Source: Styela clava (taxonomy: Eukaryota). From it: a stretch of 64,000 bases of DNA. Shown one piece after another: positions 12,701-26,467 of this stretch (its first letter is position 1; each line of letters begins with the position of its first letter). Where the stretch lies: assembly GCF_964204865.1 (NCBI RefSeq), contig NC_135253.1, positions 17,670,001 through 17,734,000 on the forward strand, read 5' to 3'. The position numbers were made by a program, and so were the translations under genes. The notes beneath the pieces were generated by a model, which searched no databases, was not told the DNA's origin, and saw only the letters and a list, made by a program, of their open reading frames with translations.

Positions 12701-15700
12701 CATTTTTATGCAATTTTTCAATGCATAATTGTTGTGGGAGCATCGAGCATAAATTATGATGGCTTTGATTTTGTAAGCTAGTGCTATTTTTTTTTAATAT
12801 CTTGAGTTCCAAACTAAAGTAAAATAAAAAAAAATATGATGTAATATGGGCAGTAATATAACCTGCGAGGTATCTATATATAAATTCAAGAAAGAAACTA
12901 CAGGGAAAAATTCAAAATTTTGCAACAAATGTAAATATTTTTTAGATCTAAATTGCACATTGAATGAAGAAGGAAAATACAACGTAGTTGATAGATTTGG
13001 AACAGGCGGTTATTTTCCATATGGATTCTCTGGTGTAATGTCTGGTGCTGCAACATGCTTTTTCGGATTCGTCGGATTTGACGTCATCGCCACGACAGGT
13101 GTGCTCTTTTTTTAATATATTAGAAAACTGAAAAATTAAAAATTAAAATCGTTCCAAGATGCTCCGAAGTAGGACAAAAATAGATTTGTCTGTCGCCTTT
13201 TCATCATTGAAATAATTATACACTATAGACGTCAACATTTGACATTTAGGCTATAAAAGTATTCTGTACGTTTCAGTTATGGGTAAAATATTTATTCAAA
13301 TTCCAATATTTGATTTTCTTTTATTGTATTTAATATTGAACACGATGCGGATCTATAATTCGTTTCGATGAATTGGTGGTATTATTCTCGTTGTTGGGGT
13401 TTATTGTTGTTAATGGGAAAATCTCTTATCTCAACGACTAATGAACCGATCGATTTCAATACTTATATGGAAAAAGTCGCGATACAGTTATTACTTTTTT
13501 TTAATTTTTCTCCCATTTTTCTCCACAATATTTCACCAAAAATGTTGCGGATTTATTTAAATTAAAGAGGAACACGTATTCCTCATTGCTCAACCGCTTC
13601 CGTATTGCTTGTCCGCCAAACTTTTAAGCAAACTTGTGTCACATATCATAGAATCATAGCTACTAGGAAGGCCCGCGGTATCGCTCAGTTATTTGTACCT
13701 GACCCATTTGTATTAAAGGTTGAACATCCCTGTGCTATGATATATAATCCAACTAACATATATTCATTATCAGGAGAGGAAGTTCAAAATCCACAACGTG
13801 CCATTCCTATGTCTATCGTCATATCACTGTTAATTGTGTTTTTCGCCTACTTCGGTGTCTCATCCGTGTTGACATTAGTTGTGCCTTACTATATGTTGGA
13901 TGTGGGAGCTCCTCTACCACAAGCTTTTGCTTATCTTGGATGGAACTGGGCCGTATACCCTCTCGCTATTGGTGCTACTTGCGCACTTTCTGCAAGGTAA
14001 AAGTAACAAATTCTACTTGAAAAACAATATTTGTAATTCTTTGTAGGGTTTGTTGTGTTTCTTAAAAATGTCGCTTTCCACTCGTCCTGACTGTATGAAT
14101 CTCACTTCATATGAATACTCTTAACTTTCCAACCTTTTCCACTTTAATCATTTCCCTACAATATATATATAATTATTGAACATAAAAAATCTGCAATGAA
14201 AAAACATATATAACATGCATGTACATATATAACATAACATATACATATATAACATGCGTGGCCTGCTTGCTTTTCTACATTATTTATATTTTTTTTTACA
14301 TGAAAATTTATTATTTTATGTTATTTATTTCAGTTTACTTGGTGGTTTATTCCCGTTACCTCGTGTTGTTTATGCTATGGCGCAAGATGGTTTAATTTTC
14401 AAATTTCTGGCTCGCATTAACAGAAGATTTAAAACACCTGTGATAGCTACTGCTATTTCTGGATTACTTGCAGGTACTTGGATTATACTTGCCAAGCATG
14501 GCACATTGATGACCATTCTTGGCGTTATGTGATATTTTTTATGAATTTTATTGTATGTTTGGAGTCCTGCTAGCTGTTTCTCGATCTCGATCTACCATAC
14601 TATTTGTCAACATTTTCCAATTTCCAGAAATGTTCCATCTGTAACGTCATTTGCCGTACTCATATTTTCAGAGAAATATGACGCAGGATATTTGCATTTG
14701 TTTAAAAACCTAATTATTAAATATACCTTTATTATATCCTTATATTAATATTAGGTACCAATAGTTCATAGAGCTACAGTCATCTATATTTTTATATCAT
14801 ATCTTATTTGTTTTATAGCTATTATGGTTCTGATATTTGATTTGGAGGATTTAGTTGACATGATGTCTATTGGAACCTTACTTGCCTATACATTGGTTGC
14901 TGTTTGTGTTTTAATTTTAAGGTCAGTTTGTTTTTGTATGTACTTTATTAAAGTTTCAATGGTATTTCATCACAGGCTTCCTCAGACAGGCAGTTTACAG
15001 AAATGACGCCACTGTAGTCGACAATATATATTCTTCAACTTATAATTCATGCTCTAACATCGCTTTTATTTCAATATTTGAAGTTACAACCTTTGTAAAG
15101 CAATATTTGATAAATTAACAATAGGATAATCACACAACCGTTTTAACCTGATATATAATTTAAAAGGTTACTTACAGATTATGGAATTTAATTTCCATGA
15201 TAATTACTTTCGACATTTGAGCCACTCGTAATGTAAAATGATCATGGTGGAATTTAAGTGCTTAACCTGATGTTAATCATAATTGGCCAACTATGTTTTG
15301 TGCATAATAGGAATAAGTGGTAGAAAATGATCGTTGTATTGAGATTATTGGCCCAAGCTCTAGTACACGTACTATGGCTCTTCGCTCGTCCTACCTATTA
15401 AGTTATACGAATGGTTTGATATAACTGTGCTAAGTCCACTTGACCAAAAAAAGTAAATCGAATGGGATTGGTTTGTAAATGTCATACGAACTGTAAATCT
15501 TTTCCTGCCTCGTCGTGTTTATTTCACCTAGATTATAATATAACGGGCTGTATCATTCTGAACTTATTTGGAACTTATCCCCCCAGAATAGTTTTCAGTC
15601 GCCGTACTCGCTTGGCTGTGAGCTATCACTGTCCGTATGCTCCCGATAGCGAGACAGTGCACTTTCATGCCACCCGTTTTCACACAAACTTTAGTTATAT

Positions 15701-18700
15701 GGAATTCGCTACCTCATAACAACTTTCCTGATAATATAGACACTGTTTCAAGTGGAGGATTTTCTAGAGCGTAATTCATTACCCTAATTATATATTGTTT
15801 CGTTATCTCTTCGCAATTTAGTGGTCGTCTATAACTTTGCTCACGTGAGCCTCTGATCTTGCTATAAGCAAATTTTTTTGAAACAATAGCACCAACGCTT
15901 CATAACAATTCTACATTACTGGTCCTTTTCGATGATTGAAATTTATCGCTTTTTGTATACAATCAGGTACCAGCCATCTATGAGTGTAGAAATGGTTGAA
16001 AGACGCGAAAAAGGATTTCCAATGGCCGAGGCCAGTAATACTTCACTTCTTTCAAATATTAAGCAACCTTCAAATGAACCGACAGAAACATCAGGAAAAT
16101 TGGTTTATATTGCAACCATGATCATAGGTATGAAGTATATTATGATGTAGAATTAAGAGACGTGTTACGACCTGCCTACCCTTGGTTAAACGTTTCTTGT
16201 ACTGCTCCATTGTGACCTCTGACTCAAAGATAGAGTAAAGAATTTAGAGCAACAAAATGAGATGAGTGTTATTTCACACGATATGAGCTTGGTGAAACTT
16301 GTATTATGTGGAATGAGATTCTGTTTTTTTGATGAACATGCACCAAAACTTTTAAATTATATTGGAGTTGTACCTTTTAGTTGACCAAAAATTAATATGG
16401 TAAAAGTTGGTAAAATTTGCAAATTTCCATCATTTTTCAGTGAATAAATACTTCTCATTCAAATTTTTCAAACCGCATTTCAATCAACATATACTTTATC
16501 TAATTTTATTCTAGCTGATATAATTTCGTATCGCCCATATCCACGGAAATGAAAAATTCTAGTTTTTTGTTATTCCTTCCATTATCTTATTCAAATAGGC
16601 AATCTTGCTAATGTTCCATTGACTGGCATCGTGTTTGGTATAACAGTGATCTTACGAAACAAAAAATAACAAACCTATGAACAAAGCCAGTAGACAAGTA
16701 ACTGTGCATGTCTTATCAAAACATATCACAGACGTATCACTCCAGTTTATGATTCATTCATCATTTGAAGAGTACTTAAAGCAAGTATGACTTGGAAGAA
16801 AACCAAAAATATCAACTTAGTTACCTATGTGATTTGTAATTGTCAAAATGAAGATAATTTGTGATTGCATCATGCAGTTTTTTGACTAGTAAACATCGAT
16901 TCAATCGATAGTTCATATTAGGAAGGAGACCCATTCTGGTTGCTAGTATACTTTTAGAAATTACTGGAAAAATTACATGCATTGTTCCATAATCATAATG
17001 ATCTAGTTTGTTTGAAAAATGAAGTATGGGAGGTCGCTGTGACGTACATTTTTCGTAAATCATGATTCTACTAAAGGGGATCTCAACCTTTATTCTATCG
17101 TTTACCCCTTTTTAAATTTCAGTGTATTTCAGTGTACTGTCAGTAAATAATGAAAAATGCCATATGCTAGACAGTCACTCCAAAGTGGGTGCAAGGTGGT
17201 CAGTTCTTTCCTCAAGGGATAAATTTACCCCTGTTGAACACCCTGCTCGCTACCCCTGTCTTGTGATTTGAGTCATACCGTCATATTAACTGATAAATTC
17301 ACCTTAAATCACGCATTTTATCAGTAACATACTATCATTTTACAGGTTTTTTCGCATTCATTTTATGTGCTATGCTTGTGAACATCAATTCATTACCGTA
17401 CCTTGCTACCGTTGTGGTCTGTCCCATACTCGGATGTTTTATTATCATATTAGTATTCATCATTCTGCGTCAGCCTCAATCTCAAGAGAAATTATCATTC
17501 ACTGTAAGTACTATTTCGTCGATTTTGATTTGGTGACGATGTGTGTTGAAGTATGCATAAGAAGGAAGCAATGTTCAAATATATGGACACCAGGGTCGAA
17601 TATCTACCATACCATCATTAAATTTCATCATTGAATCAGCCAAATGTTAAAAGAAATGTACCGAATGTCGTATAAAGTTTTATACCAAAAATTTGAAATC
17701 GGTTAGGGCCATTAGATGTGAAGAAAAGCGACTTTTCCAAACAACGACAACAGGAACAGCGATAATTTGGCAGAACGATCTTCCGCCCAATAAACTAGCC
17801 AAGCCATTCAAATGGTCATATTGTCCACTACGATTTTTGCGATTACAAAACTTTTCTGGAAATGTTGCCAATTTGTGTATTATTTCATTTTACAATTTTG
17901 GTCAGTTTGTATAAATTATTATACGTTCATTGAAGGTGCCATTTGTTCCACTGTTGCCAGTTTTATCATCGATTTGCAACATTTATCTTATGTGTGAGTT
18001 GAGCGTTGAGACGTGGATTCGATTTGCAGTTTGGATGGCTATCGGTAAGTTGTTCGCTGTGTTATTAAGATTGTGGCAACGCTGTGTTATCACCCTAACA
18101 ACCAATAAATATACAATAACCGTCTGATTGCCTGTTGCATCATTATTCGTAGTAACGTACCTCAATGAAGTATTGCCGTTTGCTACATGTTTATTTCTTT
18201 TAACACTATTGTAATCAAGATTTTTATATCTAATAGCACATTTATCATTTAGTTTAATATATAGAATAGCATTATTGAAAAAGTCTAACATAAAACACTG
18301 CGTTTGACTGGCCGTAAATATCTTAAGTAGGCTAGCTTCCCAAAATATCAAACTTGCTGTCTAGATGGGATTGGTTCTATAGCAGGTCTGTGGATTCGGG
18401 GAAAATTTCTATCGACTCCAACATCGCGTTTAAAAAATTTTGCCTCTGATTCCCGGCTCCAAGTTAGAAAAAAATTCGAGTCCTACTTCAGCTCCAAACT
18501 CGGAGAAATCAAAATTTAGTAGCATGAACTTTGGCGTATGTAAGCCTTATTTAATAGTGTGTTGGAAACGCCCAGTATAATGCATTTTGAATTTCTGTAA
18601 AATAGTTTGACGTCCTTCCTCGCCGTTAAAAGTTTACCATTCTGACTATGACGAAATGTGAACTTCAACTCCGGCGAGTTTGTTAACACGACACCGACTC

Positions 18701-19099
18701 GGTGAAATGAAAACAATTCAATCTTCGAATCCACAGCACTGTCCACTGTTCAGTTATATTCTGCTACCGTCATAAACTAACTTATTTATTTTCTTTCATT
18801 ATCATCTTCGTGTTGCCGATTCATCCTCTATGCATGTCATCTTCACTCACGTTAATGGAATTCTTGGATCACATTTGCATCAATTTTCCAATAATCTCAC
18901 TTGCATGGCTGTATTACTGATGATCTTTTTTATGCTGCACTTTTTCTGTGATGTTAATCGTACAATTTCTATATCGATTTGTTGTGAATACAAAGGTTTT
19001 GCGATCTATTTCGGATACGGAATTCGTAAAAGTTCACAGAGAATAAGAAGGGAATCGTACGCTGTTGGAACTAACGAGAAAAACGTTATGTTACAATAA
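9796..19099 (+). CDS. Cationic amino acid transporter (SLC7A1/2/3, CAT family), 14 exons: 9796-9940, 10023-10124, 10373-10501, 11022-11176, 11291-11442, 12422-12561, 12946-13098, 13774-13996, 14334-14473, 14819-14921, 15967-16126, 17346-17503, 17936-18044, 18995-19099
   Basis: Spliced translation gives CAT signatures: [134 protein letters not shown]. The vertebrate paralog cannot be assigned. Confidence 0.95.
11565..12416 (-). mobile_element. Possible degenerate 3' end of a non-LTR retrotransposon
   Basis: Intronic insert whose minus strand ends in a (CAA)n-like tail (+ strand TTGTTGTTGTTG near 11565). Only broken ORF-like sequence, with no recognisable domain. Confidence 0.3.
18383..18740. 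mobile_element. MITE with internal GACTCC/GGAGTC repeats; related degenerate copies near 29320-29550, 45417-45756 and 51660-51955
   Basis: Termini CAGGTCTGTGGATTCG ... CGAATCCACAGCACTG are imperfect inverted repeats, with recurring (C)GACTCC motifs inside. Confidence 0.55.
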
Positions 19100-20755
19100 T
19101 CCCCAACATTAGCATTTAAATCACTTAAATTCAACTTATTTAAAAATTTATTTTAAAATTTTGTCTGTTTTGCACAGAAATTTATCATCGAATTACAAGT
19201 TTTGGGCAAATGGAACATCTAGTCCTCAAAATAAATAGTTTTTTTGTAAACTTAGTAATCGATGATGAATTTCTGGCGTTGTACATATTATGGTATAAGT
19301 TATGCTTATTCGGAAAATTATTAAACGCTTCGCAGTCATAGCTATTGCATTCCCGTTTATATTATTCTGACGCAAGAAAATAATTTTCCGAATAAGCTGT
19401 GGTGATTTCTTTACTTTTTGCGGGTGAATTGCGTTGTATAGGTGTTTCACTAAGGTGTGTGTTCTAAATTGTATTTGAACCCAGCCGAACTTGGACTGTG
19501 TATATTTCTGTTCCGTATCGCTGTACCAACTAACACAAACTGCCAAATCTGTAGTTACTATTTTGCAATTGAATATATTAACTTGATTAGTCGCTAATTA
19601 ATTATCATTCTGTACAACACATGTTGTTTTGTGATTGTAATTAATCTGCACCATCTACTTGCTAACAATCATTTGTTCGTATTGTCAATATTTGCATGTC
19701 CGTTCTTTCGTTTAATTTGCTGTTACTGCCTGCCTATGCATGTGAAAATAAACTAATTCCACTCGCTTCTGCTATTTCTGACAAGTTCTCCATTTCACTA
19801 AAAATAGGCAAGATTTAACTTATAACACCTACCTGAAAGTGACTGCTTATCTGGGTACTTATTCTGAGCAAAAATGTGAAACATGCCATAAACCAGTTGC
19901 TACAGAACGTGGAAACTTTGAAGGATATTTTTTTTTTCAATAAATTCGGCTCGTATGAAAATTTTATCTACCGTATATACATTTAATGAAACGAGTCGGG
20001 AGTTGTCAAGTAACCGTCTTGTTTGGGTATGTAGATAACCCGAAATTTCAAATACAACAATACAACAGCGGGGTTATTTATTATGTCACGATTAGAGTGG
20101 CGTAGTAAATAAGAAAAAATGATACCATTACGCATAAGCATCCATTTGACATGAAGGTATTTGTGAGCACTGTGACATTTAGTGGTAGTTTACAAGCAAT
20201 CATTTTATAACGCCCGATATGAGTTTACCGGAGTCAACGACTTCACCATGGATGTAATAGACAACTTAAGACGCTGCGGAATCTGGGACGATGCCTACCA
20301 CACGTGACCGTAAAACCTCTTTCATTAAATTTTCAGGTTTCTCCATTTATTTTTTCTATGGAATAAGAAAGAGCGAAGAAGAAAGAAAGTCAAGACGGGA
20401 AAGAGAACAACGCGAACAAATATTAGAAAATCTTCTGACGTAAAAGATCCTAGCACGATGGGAGAATTTCTATTTTTTATTTAACATATTTGCACAAAAA
20501 ACTGTTGTCAGCGCGCATTGTGTTTTAGAACTGTCACGCATACTAGCTGTACTTTAGGTAGCCTATTGGATATCTTTGCACAGAGTAATAGACACTAGGC
20601 CTACATTATTTAAACGCTGGAGGATACCTGCCAGGAACAGGACTCCTGAAATGCAAAGATCAAAATAAATTTCCTCGATTGGAATTTGTACAAAACCTGC
20701 CTTGTTTGGCGAGATGTATCCAGTAGAAACTTAACAACAGACTTATAAGACAAAA

Positions 20756-20979
20756 ACCCATTTCATTGGAGGAAGGTTAGCAAGAGGCAGGGCTGGCGTA
20801 CTCTTCGGGATCGTCATTCGGCCGTTGTTATGCCGATGTGGGATCATACTTCTTAGGGCAGAAATACCCATTTCATTGGAGGAAGCTTAGCAAGAGGCAG
20901 GGCTGGCATAATCCGCTGATCTTCCGGATCGTCATTCGGCCGTTGTTATGCCGATGCGGGATCATACTTCTTAGGGCAG
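20756..20979. repeat. Tandem direct duplication of a ~105-115 bp unit (probably SINE-derived)
   Basis: ACCCATTTCATTGGAGGAAG...GGATCGTCATTCGGCCGTTGTTATGCCGATG(T/C)GGGATCATACTTCTTAGGGCAG occurs twice, head-to-tail. Confidence 0.9.
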
Positions 20980-21524
20980 GGTGGTCCAAGGTTGTCGCTT
21001 TCCCGGGCTACAGAGTTATTTTCGTATTGTTCGCGGGCCACAATAGCGTCAGAAATATGTAAACAACAAACACTTTTATTGTGCAAACGATTGATCATTG
21101 TTTGTCATTTATCACGCTAAATCATACAAAATACGCCAGATAAATCACTGAAACATGCAAAAGTTTTGCTATATCTACATTTAATGTAAGATTTCAAACT
21201 TTTCATAACGGAGAAAGTGCTCCCGCAAATTTAAGTGCTTTCGAACATCAATGGGGTTCTCAAAGAAAAATCCCTTGAAATTTAGAATCACATGATAGCA
21301 AAATGTCATTTTAGATTATATTTGTCATAACTGCTGAATGATTATCATATTTTACCAAATGTAAGGTACAGGAAGGTAAATATTAATTTTTCTGACATAA
21401 TAGAAGCATTTTGTGTAATACTGTTTAGGCTGGCTGCAAAACATCACCGGAATTACATTCTCAAGTCATAACATTAATATTCAGTTATCATATTGACGCA
21501 CAGGCCTGGGTTTGGACCACCCTG
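20977..21524. mobile_element. Non-autonomous hAT element
   Basis: TIR CAGGGTGGTCCAA / TTGGACCACCCTG, with a perfect 8-bp TSD TCTTAGGG (20969-20976, 21525-21532). Confidence 0.9.
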
Positions 21525-21951
21525 TCTTAGGGTATAGTCATTAGGTATGTTGTTTGGTTCTTCAAAAAACCAACAAGATTACATATATTTACTTAGGTCA
21601 CCCAAATATGTATGCAATTCTTGCATCGGCCCCCTCCTCCAGACAGTTACATAATGTTGCCATAAAAAGCTATGAACAAAACTTTTTCAGCCAAATCTTA
21701 AGTGTAGAAAATACCAACTGATCAATTTGGCTTTGTAGAAAATTCGCTAAATTTGCAAGGCTTGTTTATTTATTCAACACTTATGAAACGCTCATAACAA
21801 TGTTTTCCAGATGAAACAGCAGGTAAATGATTTGAGATAATAGAAATTGCAAGTATGATATTCGCTGCTTGGCTTACGGAAGAAAACTCAGCTTTCCCGC
21901 CTTGAATCGTCATTTCTACATTATTATCAGTAGAATTATTCTGGAACAATT

Positions 21952-24900
21952 TCAACCACACCCTTGCGCTTGTAAAGATTTGACAGCCATAGCAAGTGCA
22001 CCTTCTTTGGTTTTATTTCCGCCAATAAATCCACTTGCATGAACAAAAATACAATCTGGTATTCCACATGTTTTTGACAATTCCTCATCTCTCAATCCCT
22101 TCCACTGAGATAGTAATGACAACCTGAAAAGTAATAGTTTAGCTATATTATTAGATGTATGGTGTTTAGTCAAATGCTTGATAGACTAAATATCACGGAG
22201 GTTTTGCTAAACAAGACTGTGATATATGAACCTCTTTTTTGCCTCTAGAGGTTATGCACAATATTTGTAACTTCCCAATGGTCACAGATATGAATTTTAG
22301 GTTACACAGACACAGTCAAATTTTTCAAATGAAATGAAATATGACCAAGTAGTTGATAGTCAGAATTTTATAAAGTGAAAGTCGGCAGCTGGAGATTCAT
22401 TCAGATGACATTTCATAAGGTTTGTCATAAAGAGTGACACAAATAAACCAGTATCCAAAATCTCTTTACTTTTACGATAATGAAGATAATATATTCAACA
22501 CCTAACCTTGTTTGTGTATGATTGTACACAAAAATTTCTCTAATCTATGACACTTTGCACATAAGTTATGTTCTCTCTAGAATATGTTTGAAAAGACCTG
22601 GCTTCTGGTTTTTGTGACAACTTGTAAAACAGAATACATAAAACCATGAGGAAAATTTCCAAGCTGTGGGAGAAAGAATATAGTACGCACCTGTTTTCAA
22701 AAGTATTTTTGCCAGCTGGAACACACTGCACTCTGGCTTTTCCAGCAGCATCAGCATAGATGACATATTTGATAGCAGGCTCTATTGTTTGTTCTTCCTC
22801 AAGTGTGAACAGATGATCTTTCCATGGACAAAAATGTTTCAGTTCAATGATTTCTCCAGATTTATGCACCTAGCATTGAATATGATGTATGTTTAGCAGA
22901 TTGCTAAATGCTAATTATTACTCCTTTGTGTATGATAAAACAAGAGATCCTGCTTAATCGAAACGAATTAAACAGATTGAAAGAGTTAGTTTGATTATCT
23001 GACAACAGATGAAAGAGAATATCGGTCAGCGACCGAAGACTTATCGATTGAAAGTTAGGAAATCCCCCAAAACAGCGCTCTTGCTCCATAGTTACACCTT
23101 GTGTCCCATCACTAATTAATTAATAACTCGCTAATTATACGGCATAATTCGCCCAAAATCAATAGGCTTCTGGTCCGAGATACGATGAATGCACATGCAA
23201 AATCTTGAGCGGATTCAATCTCGCTTTCGTGAGATATCGCGTGCATCTAACAGACAGACACAAGTACCTATCAAATATTTACCGATTGAAATCGATAAGT
23301 AATAAGGAACATATCAACAGAAAACCAACCTCAAATCTTTGTTTTATTGCATCTTCTACCAATGAACGTGCTGGCAGCCAACTGTTGATAAAACCAAGTA
23401 TTCTTTGTTTAAATTCAGTTCCAACCATTTCCATTGCTTTCATAAATAGTGCCTGGGGAAATATAAGGTTGATTCATCCGATCATAATTAAAATAAAAAA
23501 GGGATGGGATCACATGTAAATATTGTTCGTGTATTAAAAACAATAACATATACAAACTTCGAAATAAGACCAAATGACAGTCATGTATCTAACACGCTGA
23601 ATGAATGTTAATTTTAACAGGAACTTGTTTGTCTATCTATCAAAACCATCAAAAATTTTTGTTGAACAATTTAAAATATTACAACAGTTGGTGCATATAT
23701 GATAAAATATCCTATTCATTACATTGGATATTTATTCAACAAATTGCTTTGAATTAACAAATTATTGAGTCTTCTAACATCAATCCTATACCTGCTCATC
23801 ACAATTCTTTTCATTCCAACTTGGATTTGTTCTTCCAACTCTGGCTCCTATAGTTGAGGTGACTCTGTATCTTGGTTCGCCATCATATTGATCAACACCA
23901 TTATCAACGGCATCTATCTCTTCAACAAAATTATCATACATCTGAAAAAAAAAACAGTTTAGCTATTTCACTATTCAGTAATTTGTGCCTTAACTAGAGG
24001 GTTATTAAAGCAATCCCACAGGTGTCTGTGCTAGAAATCAGTATTGAAGATCATGTGGCCCGCCGCTCCATTATCTGTGGTCCGCGCCGCATTCGAAGAG
24101 TAATCAAAATATGATATTTTAAATTGCTTCTTATAAAATAAATCAGAAAAATCGTTTGACATATTGTTGTTATATCACTACTGTGACTGAATTGACTAGT
24201 ATGATGGCTAACTGAAGCAACTAGCGAGGTTGAAGATGTGATGGGCAGTCTAAATTGTTACCTGGATATCTATCGTTTTGATCGGGAATATATGCTAACA
24301 ATATGGGCATGATAGAAAATTAAACATCGGATACGGATTCCATTAGCCTAGGTTGGCAATGCCTGATAACTATGTGTTTACACAATAGAAGTGCTTGTTT
24401 TGTATCGCACTGTTTACCTATTCTTGATACTATTGTGGCCCCCGACCATTGCCAAAATAATTTTGTGGCCCGTGGAGCCCACAACCTTTGACCACTCTGT
24501 CATAGACTATACTCAAGCAAACTTTTCTAGGAATTCTGGTCATATAAACAAACTCAGGATTCTAAGTAAAGAGATACTGTAGCTGTAGTTCAAATATAAT
24601 TTTGAGGGAGTCTTTAAAATAGCAAAACAAAATTCAGCGAAATAACATTTAACACATTGATCATTGTGTTATTTCACAGTTGTTTATGAAATCCAATACG
24701 ACTCTGGGGTTTACTGCTAGGGGTAAGATACATTTGTTCAAGGCTGTTTAAGTATATAAATATATACCTTATTATAAATAACATCCATGGTGTCATCATC
24801 AATAGTCTGTGGCAAAATAATATGTGATAGAACCTCTCGACCAAAATGAAAATAAACAAGACCAGCACTGCTCAGTTTGGTTGTCCATTTCATTTTGGAA

Positions 24901-26288
24901 TTCAATGAGTTCATGGTTTCATCAAATGTCCTGTGAAATTGAAGAACAGTGAGGTAATATAGTGCCCAATATATTAGAAATGATGCAATTGCAATCATTC
25001 CAATTTCGTAATGTGTAGAATTAATATCAAAACCAGACTTAACATTGAATAAAATTTTTATCTAGGCTCCAGCTCTGAACTTTGATAAAGAAAAAAACAT
25101 TGGTTTGTGTAAACATTCATTAATTCTGTAATTGTCTAATGAAAATGATTAGTCAACTAAATGCTTTTTGATATTCTTTCAGAAATTCTGACTCAAATTA
25201 TAATCATTAATAGCCCAACTTATGTCTCTGAAAAAAGTTTGAATCTGGTTTTAGGAAGTTTGAAAATACAACTCATGCTTCAATATCGATGAAAACATGC
25301 CAGGAGCTCAACTCTAAAGAGCCATGTACTGACATGACGTTTATCAAACTTTCATCTTGCTACATATACAGATATAGGTGCATGAAATACCTTTGATGAT
25401 GATCAAATCTATTTTTTGCTGGATCGAATATTCCACCGACATCAACAACAATATCACATTCATCCAGTACAGCAGGATCTCGTGATCGAACAATGCGAGC
25501 ATTCTTAAAAGTTATTTAAAGATTAACAAATTTCTGATATCAGAATATGAGGTCTGCTAACTTGAGTACAATTCAGGCAATAATGGGGATGATTGAGGCA
25601 TTGATCAGAATCAGATACGATAAATAAGATAATTTCTTTTCATCATAGTACAAGAAATGAAAACACCATCGAACAGATATTCATTGAAGTTGCAAAAACT
25701 ACAAATTACGGTAGGTTTAAACATGTAAAAGTACAACATACTGACATCGACAATCTCACCTTGTGACTGGAACTATATAATGTCAGAATGTAAAAGATAT
25801 AGCCTATATTCTCTGTCTTTCTAATTGAGCTTAATTGCGTGATAATACATGAATGAAAGCAAAAAACACGGAATTTTCATTTTCTAATATTGCATGTTAC
25901 AATATTCCCTGGCTTAAAGCCCAAGCAGAGTGTAGTTAACGTATTTTATCAAGGAAACATTTAAAGCTACAAAAACTGATCGATAGACTGATCTATGTTA
26001 GTTTTCACATAACTCGCCCGTAAGCAGCAATCGATTTGTTGTCGCATTGCTCACCTTATATTTGGGAAGCTGTTTCAACATGAAACATGCCAAGACTTCA
26101 TCACAGTGAAAGGATCCATTGTGTGTACCGATTTTAAGCTGTTGCGTTTTACCGTCCCCGTTCTCAATGTTCATCTTCTTGTTCGGTGGCTGAGATTCGT
26201 CTGAAATCGACATAGCGAACCACTTGGACCTCTTCAGAACTCTTTTCCACGACGCGGTAAACCTAACACAAAACTGATATCCACTCAT
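21952..26288 (-). CDS. MYG1: MYG1 exonuclease (UPF0160), 7 exons: 26288-26056, 25504-25392, 24930-24768, 23941-23793, 23452-23330, 22869-22691, 22123-21952
   Basis: Motifs [77 protein letters not shown] and [17 protein letters not shown] introns. Confidence 0.95.
23012..23302. mobile_element. Non-autonomous Helentron/HINE (DINE-1-like) element, copy 1
   Basis: Close paralog at 32180-32467. Subterminal inverted repeat ACTTATCGATT (~23039) / AATCGATAAGT (~23290), a (GACA)n microsatellite and a 3' stem-loop match the architecture of HINEs. Confidence 0.7.
24050..24499. mobile_element. Degenerate hAT-like MITE fragment in MYG1 intron
   Basis: Repeated GTGGCCC subterminal motifs and right terminus TTTGACCACTCTG. 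The left TIR is not recognisable. Confidence 0.5.
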
Positions 26289-26403
26289 ATAGAGTCAAAC
26301 TTTAATATCCGATCTAGCGGCCCTACAGCGTCTAAGTCAGTCAGCAAATGACACTTGGACTCGAAAATGACTTTAGTTAAGATTGTATTTTCATATTTGT
26401 CGC

Positions 26404-26467
26404 GGGGAGAGGAAAGCCGATAAAACGACTTAATCACATGTCGATCCACAGCCTCTTATCCGGTTAC
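26404..26467 (-). mobile_element. SINE family 3' fragment
   Basis: GGGAGAGGAAAGCCGAT...CTTAATCA...CCACAGCCTCTTATCCGGTTACC is shared with 46461-46558 and 50948-51010. Confidence 0.6.

Noticed and set aside
14000-14820. CAT-2A/2B-style mutually exclusive duplicate exon
   Set aside because: Only one copy of the [15 protein letters not shown] exon (14334-14473) was found.
20756-20979. CRISPR-like array
   Set aside because: Only two long units, no spacers, and a eukaryotic context.
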